Below, piece after piece: positions 25,415-38,395 of a DNA stretch of 64,000 nt (its first letter is position 1; the number at the start of each line of letters is the position of its first letter). The notes below the pieces were generated by a model, which saw nothing but the letters and a program-made list of their open reading frames with translations, had not been told where the DNA came from and searched no databases. The position numbers and the translations under genes were made by a program. The DNA comes from Hemiscyllium ocellatum (lineage: Eukaryota): contig NW_026868014.1 in assembly GCF_020745735.1 (NCBI RefSeq), forward strand, positions 1-64,000, given 5' to 3'.

Positions 25415-28400
25415 AAGAACAAGGGACAAAGAAAATTACAAAACAGGAACAGGCCCTTCGGCCCTCCAAGCCTGCACTGATCCATAGCTTCAATCTAGAC
25501 CTATCATCAATTTTCCAAGGATCTGTATCCCTCTGCTCCCTGCCCATTCATGCATCTATCTCGATACATCTTTAATGATGCTATCATGCCCGCCTCTACC
25601 ACTTCCGCTGGCAACGTGTTCCAGGTACCAACCACTCTCTGCGTAAAGAACGTTCCACGCATATCTCCCTTAAACCTTTCTCCTCTCACCTTGAACCCAT
25701 GGTCCCTAGCAATTGAACCCCTCACTCTGGGAAAAATCTTCTTGCTATCCATCATGTTTATAGCTCTCATGATTTTGTAGACCTCTAGCAGGTCCTCCCT
25801 CAATCTTCAACTTTCTATTGAAAATGATGCTAATCTACTCAACCTCTCTTCATAGCTCATGCCCTCCATATGAGACAATCCTGGTTAAGCTCCTCTGCAC
25901 CGTCTCCAAAGCATCCTCATCCTTTTGGTAATGTGGCGACCAGAACTGTATGCAGTATTCCAAATGTGGCCAAGCCAAATTCTGATACAATTCTAACATG
26001 ACCTGCCTACTCTTGTACCCCAACCGATGAAGGAAAGCATGCCATCTGCCTTCTGGACCACTCTATCAACCTGCATTACCACCTTCAGGGTACAATGGAC
26101 CCGAACATCCAGATCTCTCTGTGCATCAATTTTCCCCAGGGCTTTCCATTCAGCATCTAGTTTACTCCAGAATTGGATCTTCCAAAATTCATCAGATCAC
26201 ATTTGCCCGGATTGAACTCCATCTGTCTGTTTCTCTGCCCAACTCTCCAATCTATCTATATTCTGCTGCATTCTCTGACAGTCCCCTTCACTATCTGCTA
26301 CTCCACCAATCTTAGTGTCATCTGCAAACTTGTTAATCAGACCACCTATACCTTCTTCCAGATCATTTATATATATCATATAAACAAGAGTGTTCTCAGC
26401 ATGTATTCCTGTTCTCCATTTTGAGAAATTCCCTTCCACTACTACTCTCTGTCTCCTGTTGCCCAGCCTGTTCTATATCCATCTAGCTAGTACATACTGG
26501 ACCCCATGCGACTTTAATTTCTCTATCAGGCTACATGGGGAATGTTATCAAACACCTTACTGAAGTCCATGTGTATGACATCTACAGCTCTTCCCTAATC
26601 TATCAACTTTGTCACTTCTTCAAAAAATTCTATGAAGTAGGTAAGACATGAAATTCCCTGCACAAAATCATGTTGCCTATCACTGATACATCCATTTTCT
26701 TCCAAATCAGTATCTGCTTCAGCAGCTTCCCTTCCACTGACGTCAGGCTCACCGCTTGATAATTACCTGGATTATCTTTGCTACTCTTTTTATACAAGGG
26801 GACAACATTAGCTATTCTCCAGTCCTCTGGGACCTCACCCATGTTCAAGATTGCTACATAGATATCTCTTAAGGCCCCAGCTATCTCCTCTCTTGCTTCC
26901 CACAGTACCCGGGGATAGATTCCATCCTGACCTGGGGACCTGTCCACCTTAATGCCTTTTAGAATACTCAACACTTTCTCCCGCCTTAAACCAACTTGAC
27001 CAAGAGTAATCAAACATCTATCCCCAACTTCAATGTCCAGCTTTTCCCTCTCCTTGGTGAGTACCAAAACAAACCACTCATTTAGAATCTCTCCCATTTT
27101 CCCTAACTCCATGCTTAAATTTCCTCTGTCCTTGAGTGGGCCACCCTTTCTCTAGTCACCCTCTTGCTCCTTATATATGAAATAAAAGGCTTTGGGATTT
27201 CCTTAACCCATTTTGATAATGATGTTTTGTGACCCCTTTTAGCCCTTTTAATTCCTAATTTCAGATCGGTCCTAGTTTCCCAATATTCTTCCAAAGCTTT
27301 GCCTGTTGTCAGCCACCTAGACTTTATGGATGCATCCTTTTTCCTCTTAGCTAGTCTCACAATTTCACCTGTCATCCAGGGTTCCCTAATCTTGTCATTT
27401 CAATCCCTCATTGTCACAGGGTCATGTCTGTCCTGCATTCTAATCAACCTCTCTTACAAAGCCTCCCACATATCAAATGTGGATTTACCCTCAAACAGCT
27501 GCTCCCAATCCACATTACCCAGCTTCTGCCGAATTTTGCTATAGTTGGCCTTCCCCCAGTTTAGCCCTCTTCCTTTCGGACCACTCTTGTCTTTGTCCAT
27601 TAGCATTCTAAAAACTTACGGAATTGTGATCACTGTTCCCAAAGTAATCCCCGACTGAGATTTCAACCACCTGGCTGGGCTCATTCCCCCAACACCAGGT
27701 CCAGTATGGCCCCTTCCTGAGTTGAACTATTTACATACTATGTAAAATCCTCCTGGGTGCTCCTTACAAATTTTGCTCTGTCTAAACCTATAACTTTAAA
27801 TGAATCCCCGTCAATGTTGAGAAAATTAAAATCTCCCATCGCCACCACCCTGTTGCTCCTACATCTTCTGTAATCTGTTTACATATTTGACCGCTATCTC
27901 GTGCTGGCTGTTGGGAGGACTATAGTACAGCCCCAGCATTGTTACTGTACCCTTCCTGTTTCTGAGGTCTGCCCAAATTCCCCCTCTGCTCAAGTCCTCC
28001 ATCGTGCCTTCCTTCAGCACAGCTGTGATGTCCTCTCTGACCAGTAATGCTACTCCTCTACCCCTTTTACCTCCGTCTTGAACCCATCAGATACATCTGT
28101 ATCCTGGGATATTTAGTTGCCAATCTTGCCTTTCCCTCAACCAAGTCTCAGTAATAGCAATAACATCATACTACCAGGTACAAATCCAAGCCCTAAATTC
28201 CTCTGCCTTACCTACTACACTTTTTGCATTAAAACAAATGCATCTCAGACCACCTGTCCCTTTGTGTTCATCATCTACCTATTCTTACCCTTAGTCACGC
28301 CCATTTCATTACTTAGTTCCTTACAGGTTTTAGTTACTACCTCCTTACTGTCCACTAACCTCCTCATTTGGTTCCCATCACTCAGCTACATTATTTTGAA

Positions 28401-28820
28401 CCGTCCCCAAGAACGTGAGCAAAAGTAGCCTGGAGGACATTGGTTCCAGTCCTGCCCAGGTACAGGCATTCTTGATTTGTAATAGTCCCACCTCCCCAGA
28501 ACCAATCCCAATGTCGCAAAAATCTGAACCCCCCCCCCCCCCCCCCCCCACCACTGCGCCATCTCTCAAGCCACTCATTCATCCTGCCTATTCTTCCATG
28601 TCTATTCTGACTAATACGCGGCACTGGTTGCAATCCTGAGATTACTACCTCTGAGGTCCTTATTTTTAATGTGGTTCCTAACTCCCTAAATTCTGCATGT
28701 TGGACCTCATCCCGTTTATTATGTATATCATTGCGGCCTACATGCACCATCACAGCTATCTGTTCACCCTCACCCTTCAGAGCTATTCAGGAGTCTCGTT
28801 TTTGACCACAGAACCACCTA
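25415..28820 (-). mobile_element. Long degenerate CR1 LINE (ORF1 esterase to ORF2 3' end)
   Basis: VHVGRNDI...VVISGLQPVP (28391-28753), PEDWRIANVVPLYKK...NYQAVSLTS (26630-27112), KFADDTKIGG (26197-26439), FFTQRVVGTWNTLP. Confidence 0.9.
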
Positions 28821-29229
28821 TCTATTCCCCTTACAAAGTCCAAATAAACCACATCCGCTGGCTCCCCCTTGTTAAATCCATTCACTACATCCTCAAACAA
28901 GTCCAGTCGATTTGTTAAGCATGATTTTTCTTTTGACAATCCATGCTGACTCTGCCCAATTCTGTCACTGTTTTCTCAGTGCGAAGCTATAAAATATTTT
29001 ATAATGAATTTGAGCTTTTTCTCCACTGCTGATGTCCGACTAATTGGTCTAACATTCCCTAAAGTTAATGCTCAATGTTTCCCTTCATGGGAAAGTAAGG
29101 GCAATGCAGAAAACCACTGAGTGACCACTAGGACACGATCCAGAATACAGGAGGATCAGAAAGCTGAATTGTAGCTATTTCAATGTAAGGAGCTTGACCA
29201 GTAATGTGGTTGAACTGAGAACATTGAAC

Positions 29230-30350
29230 GGCACTTGGGAATACAGAGTCAGCGAGACATAGAGATGTACAACGTGGAAACAAACCCTTTGGTCCAACCT
29301 GTCCATGCCGACCAGATGTCCCAACCCAATCTAGTCCCACCTGCCAGCACCCGGCCCACATCCCCCCAAACCATTTTTATTCATGTGTGCATCCAAATGC
29401 CTTTTAAATGTTGCAATTGTACCAGCCTCCACCACTTCCTCTGGCAGCTCATTCCATACACATACCACTCTCTGTGTGAAAAAGTTGCCCCTTGCGTCTC
29501 TTTTATATCATTCCCCTCTCACCCTAAACCTATGCCCTCTAGTTCTGGACTCCCCAACCCCAGGGAAAAGACTTTGACTATTTATCCTATCCATGCTCCT
29601 CATAATTTTGTAAACTTCTATAAGGTCACCCTCAACCTCTGCCGCTTCGGGGAAAACAGCCCCAGCCTGTTCAGCCTCTCACTTTAGCTCAAATCCTCCA
29701 ACCCTGGCAACATCCTAATAAATCTTTTTTGAACACTTTCAAGTTTCACAACATCTTTTCGATAGGAAGGAGACCAGAATATTTCAACAGTGGCCTCACC
29801 AATGTCGTATACAGCCACAACATGACCTCCTAACTCCTCTATTCGATACTCTGACCAATAAAGGAAAGCATAGCAAACACCTTCTTCACTATCCTATCTA
29901 CCTGTGACTCCACTTTCAAGGAGCTATGAACCTGCACTCTAAGGTCTCTTTGTTCAGCAACACTCTCTAGGACCTTATCATTAAGTGTATAAGTCCTGCT
30001 AAGGTTTGCTTTCCCAAAATGTATCACCTCGCATTTATCTGAATTAAACTCCATCTGCCACTTCTCAGCCCATTGGCCCATCTGATCAAGATCCCGTTGT
30101 AATCTGAGGTAACCTTCTTTGCTTAAAAGAAATCCCTGAAGAAGGGCTTATGCCCGAAACGTCGATTCTCCTGCTCCTTTGATGCTGCCTGACCTGCTGC
30201 GCTTTTCCAGCAACACATTTTCAGCTCTGATCTCCAGCAACTTCAGTCCTCACTTTCTCCGAACCTTCTTTGCTGTCCACTCCACCTCCAATTTTGGTGT
30301 CATCTGCAAACTTACTAACCATATCTCTTATGCTATTTCATATGCTGTTG
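29230..30350 (-). mobile_element. CR1 3' fragment interrupted by a short element at 30124-30261
   Basis: QWAEKWQMEFNSDKCEVIHFG motif; the CR1 sequence is continuous across the insertion. Confidence 0.85.
30124..30261 (+). mobile_element. Short element with hammerhead-like core, 13-bp TSD
   Basis: TSD AACCTTCTTTGCT at 30111-30123 and 30262-30274; core CTGAAGA-A-GGGC ttat GCCC-GAAAC-GTC at 30136-30163. Confidence 0.8.
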
Positions 30351-30369
30351 CATTGTCTTTTTGGAATAT

Positions 30370-33300
30370 CATATTGTTGCAATTGCTGAGACAAGATTGA
30401 ACAAAGATAGGACTGGCCACTCAACATTCCAGGGTAGACAAGTCTGAGGTGGGATAGACAGGGCGCAAGAGAGGTGGGTGTGTTGCATTATTGATAAAAG
30501 AAACCATGACTGCAGTATTGCTACTGAAGGAGCATTTCTTGGAAGGGTCTTCAAATGACGCCGTCTGGGTAGAGCTAGACAAAAGGACAATCACTTTGCT
30601 GGGCTTATACTACAGCCTCCCCAATAGTCAGATGGAGAGAGAGGAGCAGATATGTCGGCAAAGCAATGAGAGGCTTGAGAGGAATAGGGCTATATTAGCA
30701 AGGAATTTCAACTTCTCTAACATAAACTTTATGTTTGACTTCATGTGAATGGAATTTTTAAAGTCCATCCAGGAGAGCTTTTGGTGCCAGTACGTAGATA
30801 GTCCCACTAGACATGGGCAGTGCTGGGCTCAATCCGAGTAATGTCAAATTGTTGAAGAGTCAATGGGTGAGCATTTTGGAGATAGTGAACATAACTCCGT
30901 ACGTTTCCTAACTATTATGGAAAGGAATAAGGGTAGTGCAGAAGTTAAATGTCTAAAGTGAGGCAAGACCAATTTCAATTTCATTAGACAGGATCTGGCA
31001 AATATAGACTGGGATCAGTTACTTGGAGGTCAGTCTACATTTGGAAAATGGGGATCTTTTTAATGTAGTTCAGGGCCAGCTCAGAAAGAAAGGCAAGGAC
31101 AGCAGCTCCTGGGATCCTGGATGTCAAAGGACATGGATAGTTTGTGAAAGAAAAAGGAATAAGCACATACCAAGTACAGAGCTTTAAAAAGAGGGGAGGC
31201 CCTTCAGGGAGAAGCGAAAGTGTGGGGGGGTACTTAAAAAATAGGAGGACAAAGAGGGGCCATAAAATATCTTTGGCAGCCTGATCCCCTCACCCCAGAA
31301 TACTTAGGAAAGTGGTATTAGAAAGAATAGATGCACTCGTCGTCATCTTTCAGAAATCTAGACTCAGGAGCAGTTCCTATGGACTGGAAAGTGGCTAAAA
31401 TAACCCCACTATTTAAGAAGGAAGACAGATAGAACACAGTGGTTTTTGTCGACCAGTTAGCTTGGCATCAGTAGTGGGAGAAATACGGGAGTCTATTATA
31501 AAAGATACGCAGCAAATGTTGTTGTAACCTGTACCTTATGAACCGGCATTCTTGACAAACCGGCAAAAGTTATATCCCTCAAATGCTGCAAAGTTTAATA
31601 TATCATTCTGTCCAATTATTATACATTTATAATTTATTAACTTCAGTGTAAATATACTTGTTTTCCAATTGAATGGCCACATGAAATACCAACAGTTGAT
31701 TCAATTTCGAGTCAATTTCTCCTCAAACACGGCAAGCTGGGTAATCAGTTGAGAGTGTGAGTGAGAAGGATATGGGGACAAAGTGGGCTATTCTAGATAC
31801 AAAGCATTGCTGACCACAATCATCTAGTGGCCTGCAGGGTGTAGCTTGTCAGGAGCTGAACAAGAAAGAAAGAGTCATTAGGCTGAACAAGAAAGTTTGC
31901 AATTAAAGATGCCCAAGTACATCAGTCACATACTGAGAGCAAAAGGATTTGCCTGGATTCTGGAAAGGTAAGAGCGGTGGCAGTGATGTGGTGACTGACA
32001 GATGTGAAAACAGTGTAAGGGTTTGTTGGATTCATCAAATACGAAGTGTCAATTTCTAATTAGAGTGACAATCATGATGCTAGCCAACTATTCCCATCCC
32101 TACTGCTGGTATTATTGGACAACACAGATCTCAGACTGAAACACAAACAAACTGCTGAAGAAATGCAGTTGGTCTGCAGCATCTGTAGAGCATAAGTACG
32201 CAATGCTGATGATTTAGATTGAATAATAAGACCTCAGTGCACAAAAGAAATGACGATAAAATAAAACATACTGACAGAAAACACAATTGCAAAAGATTTC
32301 AAAACAAGGCAAAATAAAATCCTTTCTATTCAAACATTATAGCTTTATTGTATTGAAATAACAGTGAGAAGGCGTTCATTTCTCTAACGTGTCTTTAGGT
32401 TTAACTTAACTGTAGTTTTCATTTCATTGTCTTGAAAGTTTAATTGCCTTTTCCTTGATGGATACTTCGCTGGCCACAGGTGAAGTGCCAGACTGGAGGA
32501 TTGTCAATGTGGTTCCTTTGTTCAAGAAGGGCAGCAGGGATAGGCGAGGCAATTCCAGACCAGTTAGTCTGATGTCAGTGTGAGGGAAATTATTAGAAAA
32601 AATCCTGAAGTACAGGATTAAGCAATACTTGAAGAGGTCGGGATGCCAGTATTGATTTGTTTGACAAAGGCCCCACATGGAAGGCTGGTCCAGATGGTCA
32701 GAGCCCATGGGATCCAAGGCAAGTTGACAAGTTGGTGAAGGGTTGTCTTCGTAATTGGAAGCCTGTGACCAGTGGTGTATGACAGGAATTGGGGCTGCGA
32801 CCATTTCTGTTTGTAATGTACCTTAATGAATTGACTGTGATTGTATAATTAGAAAGTTTTCAGATGCCACGTAAATTGGTGGTGTTGTTGATATTGATTT
32901 TATTTTATTGTTACATGGACTCAAGTACAAAAGTATTGGAGTACAGTGAAAAGTATGTGATGTCACCTTGGAAGGAGCCATCTTAGGTACAAGGACCGAG
33001 ATACAGAATCTTAAGAACAAGGTATAAAGAAAGAATAAATTTAAAAGTTACACGTTACAGACTTTTTTACCTTTTTAGTTTTAAGAATAAAATAAAGAAA
33101 TAAATCTGGAAGTTCAATCATTACAGTCTTTCTTAAGTGCTTAGCTACCGTGGGATCATACTTTGAATCATTCACTTCGAGACCGGAAGGCAAGCTGAGG
33201 CTGTGCTGGGCTGAAAGACCACTATATACAGCAAAAGACCACACTGTGGGCCGAGAGACAACCACGTTGGTCCATTGAGAGATCGCCATGCTAGGCCGAG

Positions 33301-35240
33301 AGTTCGTCACGCTGGAGTGACAGTCGAGCATTCTGAGCCGAGAGGCCTCCACATTAAACTGAGAGCCCAACACGTCAGACCGAGAGTCTGCCTCACCGAG
33401 CTGGGAGGTCTCTCTGCCAGGTTAGGACTCTGCCACACCAAGTCAAGAGGCCGCAACACTGGGGCTGCACTGGTCAGAGGCCTGGCGAGTGAGGCTGGAA
33501 GTCCGTGGCTGGGAGAGAAAAGAAGAGAGAACCGCAAAAGAAAAGCACAAAAGAAAATAAAAACCAGTGGAAGAAAAAGCAGAAAAGGAAACAGACGGAG
33601 CAGATGAACTTGGTCTGAAGAGTCCTACTCTGCTGCCATCTTGGATTACTGGGTCTCAGGCTACAGTCTGATATTGATCAGCTGGTAACTGGGCAGAACA
33701 ATGGCAGATGGAATTTAATCCTGACAAGTGTAAGGTGATCCAGTTTGGGAGGTCTAATAAGGGAAGGATATACACAATGAAAGGCATGTGCCTTGAGTGT
33801 CCTTATGCATGAATCACAGAGGGTTGGTCTACAGGTACAACAAGCAATTAGAAAGGCAAATGGAATTTTGTCCTTCATTGCTAAAGGGATTGAGTTTAAA
33901 AAGCAGAGAGGTTATGTTGCAGCTGTACAGGGTGCTGGTGAGGCCACACCTGGAGTACTTTGTGCAGTTTTGGTCTCCTTACTTGAGAAAGGATGTACTG
34001 GCACTAGAAGGGGTGCAGAGAAGGTTGACTCCAGAGTTGAGGGTATTAGCTTATGAGGAGAGACTGAGTAGACTGGCATATATTCATTGGAACTTAGAAG
34101 AATGAGGGGGGATCTTATAGAAACATATAACATTATGAAGAGAATAGATAAGACTGAAGTAGAGAGAATATTTCCACTGGCAGGTGAAACTTGGACAAGA
34201 GGGCATCGCCTCAAAATTAAGGGGAGCAGATTTAGGATTGAATTGAGAAGGAACTTCTTCACCCAGACGGTCAAAATCTATGAAATTTCTTGTCCAATGA
34301 AGTAGTTGATGTTTCTTCAGTAAATATTTTTAGAGCTCAGATTTTTTTTTGAAAAATAAAGGAATTAAGAGATAAGATGAGAGTGCAGGTATGTGGAGTT
34401 GAGTCCAGGAAAAGATCAGCCATGATCTTATTGCACAGTGGAGCAGGCTCGAAGAGCCAGATGGCCAACTCCTGCTCCTGGCTCTTATGTTCTCATGTTC
34501 TTGGGAGTAGTGAGGAACAAAGGGACCTTGGTGTACAAGTCCACCGATCCCAGATGGTATCAGCACAGCTAGACAGGGTGGTGAAGAAGGCAAATGGGAT
34601 GCTTGCCATCATTAGCCGGTGTGCAGAATATCGGAGTAAGGAAGTCTCATTGTTAATTTACAGAGCATTGGTTAGGCCATATCTGGAACACTGTGTACAT
34701 ATCACTGTTGGACAAACATGATTGGACTGGAGAGGGTGGAGAGTAGATTCACCAGGATGTTGCTTGGGATGGAAAGTGTTAGTTATGAGGAGAGAGACTT
34801 GATCAACTGAGTTTGTTTCCTGTGGAGCAGAGGAAGCATGGGGGGGTGGGTGGGGGGGGGGCGTGGTGGAAGGGGTTGGTGAATCTGATTCTGAGAGACA
34901 TAAACAAAGTCAATTGTGATCATCTTTTCCCCATGGCAGACATGTCTATGACCGGAGGAAATAAGCTTAATGTGATGAAAAGGTGGTTGAGAGGGAATTG
35001 AGGATTTTTTTTACCCCAGAGGGTGGTAGAAATATGGAATGTGCTGCTTGAGAAGGTGATGGAGGCAGCTCCTCTCACAACATTTAAGACACATCCAGAT
35101 GAGCACATAAAATGCCAGGGCATGGAATGCTATGGACCAAGTGCAGGTAAATGGGATTAGTGCAGTTTGGTGTTTACTGATCAGCACTAACATGGTGGGC
35201 AGAAAGGCCTGTTTGTTTGCTTTATGACTCTATGACTATG
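30370..35240 (+). mobile_element. Cluster of CR1 fragments with intervening unclassified repeats
   Basis: Endonuclease (TLLGLYYSLPNS) and RT/C-terminal (RPHLEYFVQFWSPYLRKD) motifs. Confidence 0.65.
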
Positions 35241-36789
35241 AAGAGAAGGAGGTGGAGACATTTTTCATGCCTTTTGAGAAGATATTTAAACAAGTGAGGC
35301 GAGGAAAAACAATGGAGTTTGCCCATGCAAAATGAACTTGGGAAGCACAAGAAGTTTCTATATCCCTGCCAGAGGAACATTCTCAGGATCACAAGGAAGT
35401 GAAAAGGTGAAAAGCACATATGCATTGATCCCAGAAACATACAGACAGATGTTTCAGAACTTACAGAAACAGCCTCCACAAACTTCTACTGAGTTTGAGA
35501 GAATTCAGCAAAATAATGTTGACAGGTGGATAAGAGCATTAACAGCTGAGAATACTTACAATGCTGTCGGAGAAATTATTCTCTGAGAAGGATTTAAAAC
35601 TTCCTTCCCTACTAGAATCAGAATTCATGTAAAAGCCTGAAGGGGAAGAACAGCATGACAAGCAGCTAGAATGGTTAATGATTATAGTCTTCATTAAAGC
35701 CAAAACCTTGCAGATGCTGGAATCCAAAGTCGACAAACAGGAGGCTGGAAGAGCACAACAAGCCAAGCAGCATCAGGAGGTGGAGAAGTCACCTGATGGG
35801 CGATTAATCCAGAAGCCTTTTTCCCATCAGGCCCAGAAATGGGAGAAAAATAAAAATTGGGAGTGTGTGTGGAAGGCAGGTAGACAGGGGAGAGAATGGA
35901 CAGGAGGGACCTGCCCGAGAACTACTCTTCAGATTAAGAAAGAAATTGCTGAGGCTGGAAGCGATGATCAGAAGTTGAAACGATTCTCTTGGAATAAGGT
36001 GGGCCATGTGCGTATGGAATGTTGGAAGCTGTGAGGTAAGACCCAGGAGATTTATGGGAGTTAGTAAAAATGAGTCAGAAGAGGGAATGCAAACAGATAA
36101 TCCCACGGAGCAGGTTGTAGCTGTAACTATAACAAAAAGGCTGGAGGTGAATTCTGTCATCAGTAAAGGAAGTTGTAAAATAGATGAGAGGTGGACAGGA
36201 TTTTTATCAAAAGGAATGGTGACTCCTTTTTCTTCAGCTAAACCCAGAATCAAACTGAGAGATACAGGGGCAATACAATCACTTTTACTGGAGAAAGAAT
36301 CGATTTTCCCTCCAGAGAGCTCAATGGATTCTAAGGTGTTCATCAAAATGTACAACTGGAATGTGATTTGTTATCAGGAGAAGTAATTGTCGGAGTGGGG
36401 AAAATATTCCCTGTTGAGGGAGTTGATTTTCTTCTGGGGAATATTTTGTCAGGATTAAAGGCAGTATCTTCCCCGATAATTACAGAATGTCCAAAGGAGG
36501 GCCAAGAAACAGAACAATGACAGGAACAGGTTCCTGGTCTCTCTCCTTCGTGTGAGGTAACCAGAGCAATGGTTAAACAAAATCCATCAATAAGGGTTGA
36601 TGTGACATCACAGCAAGTGAAAGGATCGCTGAAACTTTCCAAAAGGGTGAAGATAATCCAGGTGGAGTGGTTGGTATGATGTCCCTAATTACAGCAGATC
36701 CAAAAAGCAGATCCCGAATGAAATAAATGAGCACTGTCAGTTCAGACTGAGGTCGAGGCTGGAGGGGTTTCAGAATGCTATTATCTTCA

Positions 36790-38395
36790 GAATGGAGCAC
36801 TGATGAGGAAGTGGAGACCGCCCCCCCACCACCGTCCCTCCATGGACCCCCAGATGAAGAATGGTTGGTTAGATATTGGCTCGTGGTACCATCCAGCTAT
36901 CACAGGGAGATATTGTGAGGAGCACATCAGATTTCCATGACAGGACCGTGGGGATTTGGAAATTGTCCAATTGTCCACAGGCATCCAGAATCAGGTGTTT
37001 TATTGAGCCAAAATTATATAAAGATGTGGCACAGTTTTATAAATGTAACATACTTGAACTCATTTTTACCAATCTGCCAGCTGCAGATGCTTCTGTCCAC
37101 GAAAGTACCAGTAAGGGTGACCACCGCACAGTCCTTGTGAAGACCAACACCCGCCTTCATTGAGAATAGCCTCCATCGTGTTGTGTGGCACTTTCACGAG
37201 ACTAACTGGGACAGACTTACAACCAATCTCACAACTCATGACTGGGCATCCATGAAGTACTGTGGGCCATCAACAGCAGCAGAATTGTGCTCCAGCCCCG
37301 ACACGACCATTATCATCAAACCAGGGAATCAACACTGGTTCAATGGAGAATTCAGGAGGGCGTACCAGGAGCAGCACCAGTCATTCATCAAGATGAGGTA
37401 TTCCTGCATTCCTGATGAAGGGTTTTTGCCCGAAAGGTCAATTTTACTGCTCCTCGGATGCTGCCTGAACTGCTGTGCTTTTCCAGCACCACTCTAATCT
37501 AGACTCTGGTTTCCAGCATCTGCAGTCATTGTTTTTACCAAGATGAGGTATTTACCTGGTGAAACCACCAAACATGACTACTTGCATGGCAAGCAGCACA
37601 AGCAGCAATTGACAGACAGTATTAGACAACACACAACCAATGGATCAGGTCTAAGCTCTGCAGCCCTGTCACATCCAGTCATGAGTACTGGTAGACGATT
37701 AAACATCTCACTGGATGAGCGGGCTCCACACAAATATCCCCACCCTCAATGATGGAAGAGTCCAACACATCAGGGCAAAAGATAAGGCTGAAGCTTTTGC
37801 AGAAATCCTCAGCTAGAAGTCCTGAGTGGATGATCCATCTTGGCCTCCGCCAGTGGTCCTCAGCATTAAAGATAACCATCTTCAGTCAATTTGATTCACT
37901 CCACGTGTTATCAAGAAATGGGTGGAGGCACTGGGTACTGCAAAGGCTATGGACCCTGACAACATTCTGGTAATAATACTGAAGACTTGTGCTCCAGAAC
38001 TTGTCACTTCCCTAGCCAAGCTGTTCCAGGAAAGCTATAACACTAGCATCTGCCCAACAATGTGGATAATTGCCCAACTATGTCCTGTACATAAAAAGCA
38101 GGACAAATCCAAGCCAGCCAGTTACCGCCCCATCAGTCTCCTCTCGGTCATTAGCGAAGTGAGGGAATGTGTCATCAACAGCACCTGCTCAGCAATAACC
38201 TGCTCAGTGATGCCCAGTTTGGGTTCCACCAGGGTCACTCAGCTCCTGGCTTCATTACAGATTGGTTCAAACGTGGACAAAAGAGTTGAATTAGGGATGA
38301 GCAATAAATGCTGGCCTTGGGCAACTGGGGATAAGCAACTAATCCTGGCCAGCCAGTGATGCTCACATTACACAAAATGAATAATTTTTTAAAAA
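36790..38395 (+). mobile_element. CR1/L2-clade LINE fragment nested in the Gypsy remnant
   Basis: KAMDPDNI..ILKTCAPEL...KKQDKSKPASYRPISLLS (37922-38359); 3' tail gggcaactggggataagcaa...ggccagccagtgatgctcacat. Confidence 0.82.
37403..37538 (+). mobile_element. Short element with hammerhead-like core, 14-bp TSD
   Basis: TSD CAAGATGAGGTATT at 37389-37402 and 37539-37552; core CTGATGA-A-GGGT tttt GCCC-GAAAG-GTC. Confidence 0.8.

Noticed and set aside
28529-28551. Long C/G homopolymer runs (also ~34840-34862, 45690-45725, 58585-58610) as functional G4 elements
   Set aside because: They lie within decayed repeats, are not conserved between arms, and their lengths are error-prone.
9200-28820. An intact, autonomous CR1 element
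   Set aside because: All CR1 copies are broken by stops, frameshifts and deletions; the longest RT-related ORFs are about 160 aa.
28820-29100. Extension of the inverted arms to ~29100 / ~40300
   Set aside because: Similarity to 40320-40600 is only about 65-70% within CR1 RT sequence and could be family-level; no shared unique junction was seen.
31500-32400. AT-rich segment as a Tigger/pogo-type DNA transposon remnant
   Set aside because: Only a vague motif resemblance; no terminal inverted repeats or convincing transposase translation could be established by eye.
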